Positions 1 to 17,078 are shown, counted from the first letter of the stretch. The stretch: DNA of 64,000 bases from the human T2T-CHM13v2.0 reference genome, Homo sapiens (GCF_009914755.1 NC_060937.1); one strand, 5' to 3'. The notes: generated from the sequence alone by a model not told the origin. Program-made: numbers and translations.

Positions 1-473
1 TCACTCTTTCAATAATTGCCCTAGTGACTGTTTGAATTATAAATGTTCCTCTACATGTTTGTGTGGGGATATAAAAATGTCCGCAAAAAATACTCAGAGG
101 AAAAAAATGATGAACAGCTTTTTTTCTCAGTGGTTAGATGTATAACATCTTTAAAAAGTCTTTTTTTTTCTTATCTACATTGCTTTCAATTATTTTGAAT
201 TCTATTTTTCATGATGTAAAACAACAGCAAAAATTCTTAGCAAAAACAAACAAACAAATATATAAAACTCTTGTATTTAAGGAGATGAAAGATCTAACCT
301 AACATTAGTATTATTCTCTCTGTGACTTACGGTGTGGTTAGATAAATCATCCAAAATTATTCAATTAATATGTGACAGACCTGTGATTTGAACCTGTATC
401 AGATTACTACAAATCACAGTTGTAAAAAACTATACAACTTTCTTTGGCAACACCATCTTGTTGTCTCTGTAGT

Positions 474-1010
474 GTAAGAGAATGTTTTCTTTTTTCTCTA
501 ACCTTTCTAGTTTCAATGGCTTTGGTCTGAGAATCAAACCAGCAAAAGACAGATTAATAAACAAAAAGTTTTAATTATGTAAGAATGTATAGGAGTTACA
601 AAGAAAAATTTAGCACCAGGAAAAACAAGATAATTGAGAATAGCATAACAGCTTTGGCTAAACATAGGAAAAGGGGCTTGGGGCTTCTGCACAGAGGAGA
701 GGGCAAGGTCCTAAGAGGAAGGGAGGAAATGAATAGAAAATAAGGGTTGTTTTATGTAGATAAGTCTGTTGAGTGACAACAGTTACCTCTAGGAATAGCT
801 CTTTCTGTTACACAGACACTTCCAAAAATATAATTTTTCTTTATAAATGTAAATTTATTTTACAAAGCAGAAAATTTATATTCTATTTTTAGGCAGTTAG
901 GGGAAGGAAAAGAGCTTTTTCTGTGTCTGCTGTTTGTCGGTGGTCTTTAGTTCAAAATAGTCCATATGCCAAAGGGATATACTTTGGAGTAGCATATTCT
1001 GATATCCTTT
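474..1010 (-). mobile_element. Degraded ERV1 (MER4-group, MER34/MER67-like) solo LTR
   Basis: Motifs 'gacagattaataaa...ttttaattatgt' and terminal 'atgccaaagggatatactttggagtagcatattctg' resemble the reverse strand of MER4-group LTRs; subfamily and ends uncertain. Confidence 0.5.
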
Positions 1011-1271
1011 TTCTTCTATGTTAACTCTTCTGCAAGAACATCAAAGTTTTCCATTATTTGATCGTCTTCAACTCACCCGGAATTTGTTTCACTGCTTCCA
1101 GAAGGATTCCTCCACTTGAGTCTGACTTGTCTCTTTATTTTGTACATCAGTTTAGGATCACTTCTGTCTTGCATTCCAGTTAATCTATGTCCCGGTTATA
1201 AACTTCAGGTTTTTTTAACCCTAATATTCTTTCAAAATTGAGTTCATATGAAACATTCTCCAGGTAGTTTC

Positions 1272-1900
1272 TTATAACTCCTCTGGCATATATATAATAT
1301 TATATATAATGTTATAACTCCTCTGGCATATATATAAAATGTTATATATAATGTAACATTTTATATACATATAATGTTACATTATATATATTTATTATAT
1401 ATCAATATATAATATATATTGATATATAAATTCATTATATATTTATATATAATATATTTATATATAAATTTATTATATATAATATATAATATATTTATAT
1501 ATAAATATATTATATATAATATATTATAATATATTATATATAATATATAATATAAATATATTATATATATTATATATAATATATTATATATAATATATAT
1601 AATATATTATATATAATATATATAATAAATATATATAATATATATAATATATATAATAAATATATATAATGTAACATTATATATATAATAAATATATATA
1701 ATGTAACATTATATATAATAAATATATATAATGTAACATTATATATAATAAATATATATAATGTAACTATATATAATAAATATATATAATGTAACTATAT
1801 ATAATAAATATATAATGTAACATTATATATATTTATGATATATAGTTACATTATATATAATGTAACATTATATATATATAATATGTTACATATATATATT
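1272..1900. repeat. AT-dinucleotide-rich low-complexity/minisatellite array
   Basis: About 600 bp of almost pure A/T; ~28-32 bp unit 'aatgtaacattatatatataataaatatatat' repeated at ~1668-1830; 'ttataactcctctggcatatatataa' duplicated at 1272 and 1312. Confidence 0.95.
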
Positions 1901-2529
1901 CTTCTTGTTTAAAGTTCTTGTTTAAAGTTCTCTCCTTTAAACGCTGAGTGTTTTTAATGAAATCTTGAAGCTTATCCACATTGCTGCATAACAATGAAGT
2001 TCATACTGCATGTATTATTCAATATTTGATTTTTTTATCAGTAACCAAGTAATGTATAATAATTCTTTAGAATTTCATTGAACTAGAAAGTACTAAGCAT
2101 ATTTTTCATTTTGCAACAAATTTCTTCTGCTTTTAATTTTTATCTAAAGTATAAATAAGTGCATCAGAAAATCAAACAGAAATTAATTAATTTTTTGTTT
2201 GTAAAAAATAATTTTGAGCATATTATATAAAAAAGTAAATTATCTTCAAGTGTATACACAAGAATTTAATACTAATCATATGGATTTTAAAATCATAGTC
2301 AATGCATTTGGATTTTATATGAGAAAATATAAAGAGAACTAAGAACTCATTTTACTGATTTGTATAAATATTAACATTTAATATAGTGAAGCTATTTAAT
2401 ATTGAAAAAATTTCTAGATTTTTTGTTTCAGTTGGCTTTCAATTGTCTCTATTATGTTTTAGATATTATATTTAATCTTGTTTAAAGAAAATCAGGAAAT
2501 ACAAGTCAAGTAATAGAGTATAGAAAAAA

Positions 2530-2770
2530 ACTGTGCAGAGCCTCAAGTTAAACTGCACAGGTTGAAGTCCTGATTCTGCCATGTGCTTGCTCAGCTGTGT
2601 TAATGAGGAAGTTATTAATCGGTCACTGGAAAGTTTCCTCTTTAGAAAAATGGGATAAAAATACTTGCCTCATAATTTTACTGTAAAGAAATCTAAAAAT
2701 GATAAATGTAAGCTAAAACAGTGTCTAGCATTAGTAAATATTATATGTGTTTTTGTTAGTTTTATTATGT
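2530..2770 (+). mobile_element. MIR SINE
   Basis: MIR core: 'ggttgaagtcctgattctgcc...agtttcctctttagaaaaatgggataaaaatacttgcctcata...acagtgtctagcattagtaa'. Confidence 0.8.
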
Positions 2771-3577
2771 AATAAAAACCATTAGATTCTGATTGATAAT
2801 GGATTCATTTATAAACATTAGTCCTCATAGCAAAGTGATGTGGGATATTTTTCAGTTCAGCCTACCAAGTCTAGCTTTTAGTGGAATATAATGTCCAGGT
2901 CTAAAAATTGCTAATGATAAAGAGGAAAAACTCTTTTAAACAATAACCTTTGTAGGGGATTCAAAATTAAAGTAACTTTTTCTTATGTTTTTTTAAATTA
3001 AAAGTTCTTCAACATTTATGAACTTTGAATCTAATATTTTATAAGCAAATCTTAGCTTAGTGTACTAAGTCTGGAATTCAAGAAAATGACAAGGAATAAA
3101 TCAGAGAACAGGACAACAGACTCTCAGATAAATGAGAGAGAGGACAATATTTCTATTAGTGGCATATTTTATTTTTCTGAAGGACAATATCATTATCATA
3201 GAGTGATGTGGTCTGCCATGGCTTGTTGCCTTTGAGTCTGTATCAGTGACCTTTGAGTCTCAAGTAGAGGACAAAGCAGGCACCCAGTGGCATTTTAGAA
3301 AACAAACCTGTGAGTTTTAGAAAACAAATGGTAGAAAAAAACTTAAGCAGCAAACATGAAAGTTTAAAGAGAGGAGAGAAGAAAGGTGTTTTCAAATTTA
3401 TGTGACTCCCAGGAGATTTTGATGCCTTCCTCTAAAATCAAGTCTGTATTTAGAGCAATAACACGACCTAAGGATAAAGTAAGATGAATAGCCTGGTAAT
3501 CTGTAGCTAGGGTGTGACTTGGCAGGTTTGAAAACATGTGTGCAGTGGAGCCCTAAAAAAGCTGACAGTTTCAGGGA

Positions 3578-3919
3578 TGTCTTAGTCCATTTTGTGCTGC
3601 TATAAAAACATACACCAGGATGGGTCATTTATAATGGGAAGACGTTTATTTATTAGCGTTCTGAAGGCTGGGAAGTCCAAGATTGAGTGGCCACATTTGT
3701 TGAGGGCTTCCTTGCTGCATCATACCTGGTGGAAAGAATCATATGGCAAAAGAGAGCAAGAGATTGAACTTACCACCTCAAACCCTTTTATAATTAATTC
3801 CTTCATGAGAGTGGCACCCTCATGACCTAACAACACCCATTAGGACCCACCTCCCAACACTGTTACGTTGGAAATTATGTATTCAACATGCTTTTTGTGG
3901 GACAGATTCAAATCATGTA
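3578..3919 (-). mobile_element. MaLR solo LTR (MSTC/MSTD/MLT1A-like)
   Basis: Starts 'tgtcttagtccattttgtgctgctata', contains 'ctgaaggctgggaagtccaagat' and 'cccacctcccaacactgtt', ends 'ttcaaatcatgta'. Confidence 0.85.
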
Positions 3920-4074
3920 GGGGTTTGAATGTGAAAAGGCATAACTCCTGCTTCTCCATGACTTCCCGAGGATGGCATAAAAAATCAAACGGGACAAAAC
4001 GTGGGCTTTAGACTAATTCACCAAAGAGAAGAATCTTAACAAGGCTTATCAATAACTTAACAATGCTAAGTTAA

Positions 4075-4260
4075 TATTAATATATGACATTTTTGCTGTA
4101 CTTTGCTCTTAATCTTAATCTGTATTAATCTTCATGACAATCCCAGGGAGCAGTTCCGTTTATTATACCCTTTTACAAATGAGGAAACAATGGCACAGAC
4201 TTACCTCCCAGGGTATATTCCGTTAGTAAGTAATGGGGTGTGTATTCAAATTCACACATT
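4075..4260 (-). mobile_element. MIR SINE
   Basis: 'taatcttcatgacaatccc...tattatacccttttacaaatgaggaaacaatggcacaga' is the reverse-strand MIR core. Confidence 0.8.
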
Positions 4261-6368
4261 ATGTTTAAACTGATGCTCAATGTGCATATTTTTAAAATTG
4301 TATATTGAGTGACCATTTCTTAAACATTGAGAATTAAAAAAAAAATCACAATGAAGTGGAGAAAAAAAGGCATTCAATTGTAGTAGACTATGTAAAATGA
4401 GGAAAAAAGTAATTCAGAGTTAAGGGCTAGAAATATGAATTTTAAAAGAACTGCAGAAAAGCAATTTTCCCTGGGATTTTAAGAATAAGTATAATTTAGC
4501 TATATTGAAAAACAGTGTGAGTGTATGTATGTATTTTTGTGCATGTATTTATGTGTGTATTTTAACAAACATGAGTTTGCATAGGTTAGGATTAGGGCAG
4601 TATTATAAATACAGTGGTTAGTAAAATGTCATTTAGGAAATACTTAAAAGTCTATGGTTGGATACTTGAGAAATTTAGATTATTTTTTAAAAAGTGTACA
4701 TTTCAGATTATAAAGAAAAACTAATCAATAAAGAAACAAATTGATAAAGATGTAAATGTCTTACACAAGACCTGGTCACATCTCTGATCATTGAAGCCTC
4801 AGGTAAGATTTCAGGTGTTTGATTAGGTTTAATTTTTCCTGCTGTTTGAATCATTTCTCTTTCACAGGATGACTCTGTTTTCAGAGTAGTTTGGCATTAG
4901 AGTTTCATTAAAAAGAAGTTGTTCCCCATTTGTTCTTTCCTGCCCAGATATGACCCTTGGGAATATAGTCTGGAAACCTAATTTCCGTACAGCAATGGAT
5001 AAGTCAAGGATCAAACATGGGAAGCATGCCAATATTTCATGTGCTATAGATACAATTCATGTCAAGGAGAGAGAGCAAAGGGCAGGGCAGAAAGTGGACC
5101 CAGGAATTCTAATAGAAAAGCTGTATTTAGTCAGCTGAGTTGCTAGTATTATATGGATAGGTCCATTCTTTTAGGTGGCACAAAAGTAGAGCTAACATAT
5201 GTGACATCTGTCATCATAAAAGCCAATTTTAATGTACATTTACCTTGATGTATTTCTGGAATAAAAAGTCAGAAAGTAAATATTCTTATATTGATAACTC
5301 TGCTTTGTTCATTTAAAACTAATTTTTGTACAATTAAAATTGAACAAGTTATATATATTGGGAAGCATTGAGTGGCTATAGATACATTGTAGTAATCTTA
5401 AATGTATTTAAAACTATACTAGGAAAGTGTATCACTTAGTGTTTTAAAGTAAGTTTAAGAAAAATTTGTTTTGTAAATAAAATAATGATCAGTAATAAGT
5501 GATGTGAAATTTTGCATTTAATTTTATTTTTTATAAAAAAGTAGATTAAAAAGTCAGCCATATCTCAAGAACATAGAATTTTAAAAATCATATAAAATAC
5601 AAAATATATAATTTTATAAATTTATTTTAAACTATTTAATGTGAAAGAATTTCTCATTTATAGTCATTATCTTCCTAACATGCTAATTTACAACTACACT
5701 ATAGTTTGGAAGGCAGAGGTTAGGAATGTTGGTCAATTAAAATATCTACTCTAGAATTTTTAAAAAATTGACTTATAAAATCATTAAATATTTAAGGGCA
5801 TATATCTCTCTCTGTTTTATGTTTTACAAAATCAAATATTTGAAAAAACTGTGTAGTGACATGGGTAGAATTTATCACCTTTTAAATGCTCAAAAATTTC
5901 TCATAAAACTAACATGAACATGGTATATTCTTTATAGAGATTTTTGGGTTGTTTTCTTTCACACTGATTTTTAAAATTTTTCAATGTACATTGGATATTA
6001 TGTTATTCTAGAAATGTTTTAAAATGCTTGTTTTCAAATATTAAAATATAAAGTTTCAATATATCTTCTCATTTTTATTATCTGCAAACTCTACCCTTAT
6101 ATTTTTCTTTCAACCTGCTTTTTGATGTGTTACTTCCTTAAAAAATGTGGGTGTTACCTATCAGTTTATCCTCTTTCCAAGAGTGTATAAGAACCCCTAA
6201 CTTGAAACACAAAAAAATTGAGATTTTTACCATTCTCATAATATTTTTAAAAAATTTTGTTTCATATGCAATTGTACTAATAATGTCAATTTTTTATATG
6301 TTAGTAAGACCATTTTTGCTGCTTTCTTTGCATTGTATGTGTATTTGACATTTTGTTACAGTTTTTAA

Positions 6369-6820
<452 letters not shown>

Positions 6821-6829
6821 CAAATACCA

Positions 6830-6925
6830 TTATTTCGTTAATTATCTTGATTTCATCATTCCACAATGTACACATATATCCAAACATGACGTTGTACTTC
6901 ATAAATATATACAATAAAAATGACT
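6830..6925 (+). mobile_element. L1MA/MB 3'-terminal fragment
   Basis: 'gttaattatcttgatttcatcattccacaatgtacacatatatccaaacatgacgttgtac...ataaatatatacaat' matches the L1M 3' end. Confidence 0.75.
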
Positions 6926-7310
6926 TAAAATGTATTATTATTTTTCCTTACTATTGCAAGTTATTTTGTTTTGCTTTTATTCATACGTCCTGTATTCCCT
7001 TTGAATAAGTCAATTTTCTTAAATACAATCTTCAATTTTTCTATTATAGTCATTCCATCAAATTTTTATATATAGTATTTTATATTTTTCATTAAGTTTT
7101 TTATCTCATTGGTATTGTCTGTCTTGCCAACAAAGTGAACTGTAATAATGCTATTGTGTTTTTACTTTCCCTTAATTTCTCCTTTCCTCTAATTCCCTTG
7201 CATATTACATTATTTAACATGCATCAAATATATTTTGTCTTTGTGCCTTTCTGAATGTACTTAATAGAAAAAATTCAATTTTCTTTATAGAATGAGTAAC
7301 ATAATATATT

Positions 7311-7712
7311 TCATTCATCTATTAATCATTAACCATTTTATTTAATGATAATGTACCAAAGACTTCATATATTTTGAATTATGCTCTGTTCTGGAGATAT
7401 AGCAAAAAAAAAAAAAAAAAAAAAGGAGCATAGCTTTCTCAGCCATGTGACAAATAAACAAAAATGCAGGTTAGGTAGAGATAGTGCCTATAAAGAAAAT
7501 TAGTAAAAATGGGAGCAAATAATTAAAATATTAGAATTGACTGAGCTCTCCAATGGAGAGACAACAGAGAAGATACCTAAAAGAAGTAAGAAATTCACCC
7601 AGCTAAGTATCTGGAAGAAGGTTATTCTGGGTAGAGGGAACTTAAAGTGAAAATCACCTGAGATAAATCAAGCTCCTTTAGTGTGAAGAACTGCAAGTAA
7701 TCCAGTGTTGTG
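7311..7712 (-). mobile_element. L2 3' fragment containing a 21-nt A run
   Basis: 'tcattcatc...ctggagatatagc' and 'tatctggaagaaggttattctgggtagagggaac...gaagaactgcaagtaatccagtgt' are L2 motifs. Confidence 0.65.
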
Positions 7713-8090
7713 TAATATTTCACAGATGAATATATTATCCTTTCTTGACAGTCAACCATTATTGAGCATTTAAACTGTTTCTTATTTTCTTTTATACATT
7801 GTGAATATGGCTGCTATAAATAAAATTTCACATATTTTCTCTTCTAAATGTGAGAGTTTATTTTGGACATATCCCTAGGAGAAGAATTCTAAGGCGGGGG
7901 AAATGTGAATATTCAAATTCAAATGATAGCACAAAACAAATTACCAAAACCATTTCATCGTTTTCCACTCCAACCAAAAATGTACATAATATGTGCACCA
8001 TGTGTGCTGCAACAATTGAAATGATCAGATTTTCAATTTTTGCAGTCCACATGTGAATCAATTGATTTCTCATTGTTGTCTTAATGTGGG
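7713..8090 (-). mobile_element. Old L1M 3' fragment
   Basis: 'gagcatttaaactgtttc...gtgaatatggctgctataaa...ttggacatatccctaggagaagaatt...tctcattgttgtcttaat'. Confidence 0.6.
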
Positions 8091-8635
8091 AATAACTTAA
8101 TATATTATAGTTTTAGACAGACACTTAATATGTTATAATTGTAAAATGTCATAAAATGTCAATTGTAAAATATCATAAAATGAACTTTTTATATTTATCG
8201 CAATACTTCTCGGTAAGATATAGGTGGAAAAAATAATGATGTGAGTATTTGTTTAGTATCTTCTATACTTACAGAATTCCATCTTTCTCCTATACTGGTC
8301 ATTGCTTATCACTGTAATATCATAATATATGATATATAATGATAAACTTTAAGTATCTTTATAATCATTTAGAGTTCCTTATATATCTACAGAGCTGTCT
8401 GCCATGTAAGTATATAAGATTTCTTTAAAATCTCTTTTATAACATGCAAAACATTTTTTTACATTTTTTATGCTGGTATTGATTTTTACAGACTTGCCTG
8501 GTCTTAACTGGATGTGCCAAATGTATTAGGAGACATTATTATAACTTCGTTTAGAAATGCTTTCCTTTTGAGTTCTACAGATGGATCTGGGGAGAACATT
8601 AGGTATTTCCTAACAAACTGAAAAATTATCTAGAC

Positions 8636-9255
8636 TGTAAAATTTTGCCCTGCCATTTTTCAGGTGGGAATAAAAGACTCAAGAAAAACCAACTGCAAAG
8701 TTGACAGGCACCAATACCTCTCAGGACACACTGTAGTTGTAAAGTGTCATAACGATTTCTTTCTTTGAGAGACTACTGCTTTCTTACTCCCGGGGTTAAT
8801 ACAGTTTTCTAAAATAGACTATCATAAAATTTGCTGTTTGAAATGTTGTCGGTAAGAAAGAAGTATCCCCATGTTTGAAGGATCTAAGTCACATTGACAG
8901 AGTAAAGCAGTTTTGATTTAAAACCCAGGTAAACCCCAGATTTCTGATCATGACATTACACATCTATCTTAACTTCAAAGTCTCGAAAGAAAGAGAACGC
9001 AGGACCAGGTTGCATTCCAGAACTAATTATTATCACTATATTCGCGGCCTTTCTTTGTTTGAACTTCTCAAAACACTGTTTCATTGAAATGTCAACTAAT
9101 TCTCACTATACACACATATTCTATAAGAACTCTATTTCTTCTTGCTTTGGGGAGAGGCACAATGGTTCCTCTGATGTGCAGCCTCCTTCATTGCAACGAT
9201 TCATTAAATACCATATATTTACCTAATGGTTTTAAGACTATTTGGAGGTTTTACA
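8636..9255 (+). mobile_element. Old ERV1 solo LTR (MER90/MER92/MER110-like)
   Basis: 7-bp terminal inverted repeat TGTAAAA...TTTTACA; TATA-like 'tataagaac'; 'ttgcaacgattcattaaa' poly(A)-signal region. Confidence 0.55.
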
Positions 9256-9504
9256 TACAATCAACTGTGACCCTGACTGTCATAGACTGAGGCCTTCGAT
9301 TTATTTAGAAAGTATACAACATGAGACAAATTTAAAATAAGCAAAATGTGAGAAGAAAACCAAAAATAAAAATCAAAATATGTCACCTCAATCATCAATA
9401 ACTTGAATGTTCTTAAATAGGTATTTACATTTGTGAAAACATCATTCAGGCTCTTGTTCAAAAAATTCAGAAAAAAAAAGCAGTAGACAAAAATAAAAGC
9501 AGAT

Positions 9505-11270
<1,766 letters not shown>

Positions 11271-11462
11271 AAATTTAAAAAATGTCTCAGCAATGTAAAC
11301 TAAAATACAGTGTGTCCAATGGAGAACTGATGCCATTAAAAATATACTGATGTGAATAAATGATTTTCTATTATTTAAAAATAAAAGCTTCATATAATTT
11401 TATATTCTGTGAGCACCAAAAATCTATCACTACTGATATCCTTGTGAATCATTGTATCCAAT

Positions 11463-11961
11463 TGTATTAGCCAAGGTTCTCCAGAAAACCAATAAGATAT
11501 ATATAAATTCATATCTATACCAATACTGGTCATCTGTTCATCTAGCTGTCATGTACTCTCTATAGATTTTTTTTAAATTTTAAATATTTGGCTTGTGTGA
11601 GCCTGTAGGTCAGACTGAAAGTCTGAAAATTGGAATAGTTGATGTTCCAGTCTTGCATCTAAATTCCCAATGATTAGGGCAATTAGAGCAAAACGTGGTA
11701 CCTAAGGCAGGGTTTCTAGGTTCCAGTTTTGATAAGAATCTCTTTTTCTTTGGACAACTTCAGTCTTTGCTCTTAAAGCCTTCAACTGATTGGGTAAAGT
11801 CTACTCACATTACAATAGTAATCTTAATTACTCAGTCCATTGATGTTAATGTTAATCACATTAAAAAAAAAACAAAACTTCACAGCAACATCTAGACTGT
11901 CATTTGACCAAACAACCATTAACTGTGGCCTAGCCACATTCTCATATAAAATTAGCCAGCA
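11463..11961 (-). mobile_element. ERVL solo LTR (MLT2D/MLT2C-like)
   Basis: 'tgtattagccaaggttctccaga...gccttcaactgattggg...cttcacagcaacatctagactg...tttgaccaaaca...aaaattagccagca'. Confidence 0.85.
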
Positions 11962-13224
11962 AAACAGTGTATAGGGCCGATTAATTTTTGCATGGGTTCA
12001 TTACTTTTTGATTGCTTTCTATGAGGACCTTGTTTATATAGTGTTGATTATATCTATGTCCCTAATTTATGCTTTTGAAGATTAAAAACAATAGCAAGTT
12101 AATGAGAAATAATGATGCATAGAAAATGGTTGCACGTACAGAAATCCTAAAATATGTTTTTTTATGTAGTTTCATTCATGATCATCTTCATCATTTTCAC
12201 CCAAAACTATGTGTTGCAGTACTAGATATAAAGTCACAGTATTTTATCTCAGAGGAAAGTAGATAAGACATAAATGTTAGTGGGTCTATATGAGAGCCGT
12301 AGTTTTATTTCCCAAGTGTTTGTTATATTTATGGAATTCATTATACCATGGCATTACTTTACTGCCCAATAAGATCCCAATTGCCTTGCCTTATTTCATT
12401 TTAATGGCCATTTTTTAAAGTAAATTTTCTCTTCATGCTATCTGAATGTGTACCCAGAATGGGTGTGCATATATGTGCATCTCACTTGACTTGGCACATG
12501 TCTCTGCTCATGTTCAAATTTCTAGTTCTATATGGTAGTATTATAAGTGTTTAATTCTGCTCTTTTCATTTGATTAATTCTGTTGATGAGTTTCCCACAT
12601 CGTTCTGGCAAAACACCACTTCTTATTTTAATGTAGCTCTCATAGATTACTTACTATAGATATTGAAAGTTTGCTACCGGTTGTTTTTCTAGAAAATCTT
12701 CTGAATTTCTAAATTACTTAATTCCATAAATGTATATTTACAGAATAGTTTTTCTCTTGTCACTTATGTTCTAGGACAAATGTCATTCATTAATGTATTC
12801 ACTTATAGATTTTTATACTTTCATTCAATAAATATTACATTTCTAATGTATGAACCATGACAGAGTTTGAACATTTAATCTATAATGTTCTGTAAAACTA
12901 TCTATTGGCCCTATACAACATGAATCTGTCAAAATTTAGAACACAGTTAAATTGTTTAATAAGTAAGAAACATAGCATAGAAACTAAGTACTAGATACTG
13001 TTTATTCATCCTTCTCAATTATATGTTTCTTCATGGATGAAAAACCTAAAATTAGAAGGGTATGTTTTATGCCAGTTCTATTGTAAAATATATTTGTTAA
13101 AATTTTTGTATAAGTAGAGTGAACCTAAAAATATGAAATACATTGTGAAATACACATTTATAACATCAGATAATATAATAAAAACATGCACTTGACTAAC
13201 ACAAGAGATATTCCTGTAATATAA

Positions 13225-13286
13225 GAAATACAAATACATATATATTTTTATATGTGTGTATATGTGTTTATATATATATATATATG
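13225..13286. repeat. (TA)n/(TG)n simple repeat
   Basis: Direct reading of dinucleotide tract. Confidence 0.8.
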
Positions 13287-15122
13287 AAGTATCTATAGAA
13301 TCTCTGGTACTAGAATGTGATTGAATGGAACAATTATTCATGTGTGTATTTTATTTCATTGAGTCTCAGAAATGGAGATTTGTTTCTTATGATAGCCAAA
13401 TATTCAAGTTTAGGAATAACATTTGACAAAAACTCATATATAGGAAGGTACACATACGAGGAAAGCAACCATAAAATTGTTTGGTAGGCTTATATGGGTT
13501 TTCCTTTTTCAGGGAATATTAGTTACAATGCTAATAGGTACTTGTATGATATGCAAAAACTATTTAATATACTTATTTGATCACATATATTTTATTTTAA
13601 CCTTCAGCATGATGAATCTAACTTTAACTCTTTAAAAAACTTGTAGTTACTACAATTAATTGAGTTTTAAATCAAACAGATATTTTAATAGCCTTTGGAT
13701 TTAATAATGTACTATCCAAATATATTTGGGGATTAATGAACTTCTCAACTTTGGTCCTTTAGAAAGGAAATGATGAACTCATGCAATTTATTTTAAAAGT
13801 ATATTCTTATGTTTCTTTTCATAGAATTAACTTTGCTTTCTTTTCTCCCTAACTTTTGTATTGCAAATGTAATTTGTTTCTTGAATGTTTTAAATATAAA
13901 TTATATATATGCTATTAGATTAGTTACTAAGTATAGTTTCTGAATATGTAGAGGTACAGTTATTTAAGTTTTTGTTACAATTATTAATTATGAAATGTAT
14001 GCTTCTTTTAACTAACATTTTTATTTAATAAATTAACATTAATGAATACTATATTTTCAGGTTCTTCATATTTACGTTCCACATTCTTTTTCTACTGAGA
14101 TTTAATGATAGTTCAATTCTGAATAAAATAAAAATCTAAATGACCTCAAAGTATATTTGATTAAATCAGCATATCTAAGTGTTTTTATTTCTTCAGAATC
14201 TTGGTATACTGATTTTTAGAGACATCTGCTTTCATCATTTCATCTCATGTTTGCTTTGATAACTGAATTTCTTCCTGCTCTTTAGTCTGAAAATTGAAGG
14301 TCAGAAGTCCCAAATCAATCTCTGGCAGAGGTATTCAACTTGGAAAAAATAACTCTGTCTACTAAAAATCTGCTACAGACATTAAAATATGTATTATAGT
14401 CCATCAAATCTTCAGTCTCTACTTAATGCATTTCCTGGAAAAAAAAACTTATAATTCAAGAGTCTAAAATTTCCTTGGAAGATAATGCGATCTTTAATGT
14501 CAGCATTGTCTATACCTAGTGTTCCTCTATCTCAAAAACCAAAGAAGTGGCAAATACTGTGCATATGTTCTGAACAAATGTATTTAATTAAATAAAACCA
14601 TTGTTTTAAGGGAAATGCTTTGTAAAGTAAGAGGTAGAATATTCATATTCAAAAGAGTTTGTATGTCTTTACACCCATGTGGATATGTGGCATGGTTGAG
14701 TGGTAACTAATCATGACATTGATATTAAACATTTAATAAATGCAGTATGTGACAAATGAAAGTTTCTTAATCTGAATTTTTTAATAAAGAGAAACATATA
14801 TATATTTTTTCTCTCTGTTACCTTGCCATATTTTTATAAATATTAAATATATTTTCACTTTCCAATTTAACCTTCTATGATATATATCATATTATATATT
14901 TTTTCCATAATACATATTGTCTTAAATATATTTTGCTAAATACTGATTATTTTGTTCTTTTTTGTCTAGGCAACACAGATACTCATAAGTTTTAAGCTTT
15001 ACATTTTTCAGCTCCACTCTTATAAAGAAAACACATTATATATAAGCACATACATATTTTATAATATTCAGCATCGTGTAACCTGGTTATAGGTATAAAT
15101 ATTTCAAAGAGCTTGTGAATAA

Positions 15123-15443
<321 letters not shown>

Positions 15444-15813
15444 TATATACAACTTTTAAATGAGAAACAATACTGGAGACATTTTCTTAATTGCTGCCTC
15501 TTAGATATCTGTTAATTTTATCTGTTACCCTATTAGCTTTCTTCTAGTGCTTCTCTCGTCAAATTAAGATTATTGCTGCTGCTTCAGTTATTATTCTCAA
15601 TTTCCAGAAAGAATAACATAGGAGATTGCACAGATAAAGACGTGAAGTCTATATCAGAAAAATCCACTTTCATATAAATCACTTGGAGCATTCTGTTTAC
15701 ATTTATTGTTATTAATGCAGTTGTTTTTGTTGTGAAACTGTTAAACAATCTTATTTGTAAGCTGGACAATATTTCTAAGAATAATAAGGAGAAGTGGATT
15801 CACCACTAGATAA

Positions 15814-16179
15814 TAGGTTATAAAGTATTTTGAATCCAGAAACCTGAAATCATAAATGCTCCAAAATTCAAAACTTTTTGAATGCTGACACGACAAAACA
15901 AATAGAATATTCCACATCAGACATCATGTGATGTGTTACAGTCAAAATGCAGTCAAAACTTCATTTTATGCCAAAAAAAATTTAAAATATTTTATACCAT
16001 TACCTTCAGGCTATGCATATAATCTGAATATTAAATGTAAATTTTAAAAATTTGTGTTGAGATTTTGGCCCCATCCCCAAGACACCACATTATGTGTATA
16101 CAAATATTCCAAAGTCTGAAAAAATCAAAAATCTGAAACACTTCTTGTCCCAAGTATTTTGGATACAATGTTCTATCTG
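15814..16179. mobile_element. Tigger4b/MER46-type TcMar-Tigger MITE
   Basis: 'aaatgctccaaaattcaaaactttttga...aatctgaaacacttcttgtcccaagtattttggata...ctg' followed by TA; matches Tigger4 (Zombi) ends. Confidence 0.85.
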
Positions 16180-16716
16180 TATATTGTGTTCCAAAACCAA
16201 ACAAAACTGGGATTCACTAATTATAGGATGTTGCAAAGATAAACAATAAAGTATTCCGTGGTTATTCTGTACACATAATAAAAACTATTTACCAATCATA
16301 AGTATACATTTTAAAATTAACAAGACTTTTTTCACCAGATAATAGATTTATAATTTTTTACATTTGTGTTAAGAGAACAAGGACTAATTTTCAAAAAGCA
16401 TGAATGAACCAAAGTAGGTTTTCCAATATAATAAAATAATTGATATAGTTTTAAAGTTTAAAAAATTTGTAGTCAGTTTTGAGAATAATAAAAATTGATA
16501 AATCTATAACAAAATTATATTAAAAGGTCTGTAAAATTAGATACCAGGATTTATGTGCACTAATGACTGTGTTCATTTAAAAATTATGCTGGATTTTCCT
16601 TTTCAACATCACAGTTAATAGAAAGGTTCATTTTGAACACTTTCCTCATAGAAATAAGAGGTTCTCCTGGATATGAAGGCACTAAGTATTCTTGCATTAT
16701 GTTACTCCTCTGATGA

Positions 16717-17078
<362 letters not shown>

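Noticed and set aside
7393-7434. A21 run flanked by ggagatatagc/ggagcatagc as a solo poly(A) insertion with TSD
   Set aside because: Both flanks are explained by native L2 sequence and the match is imperfect; slippage of an A-rich L2 segment is simpler
11980-15100. Long AT-rich stretch with faint old-L1 resemblance
   Set aside because: Too degraded to assign by eye; no ORF, RNA gene or repeat structure I can support
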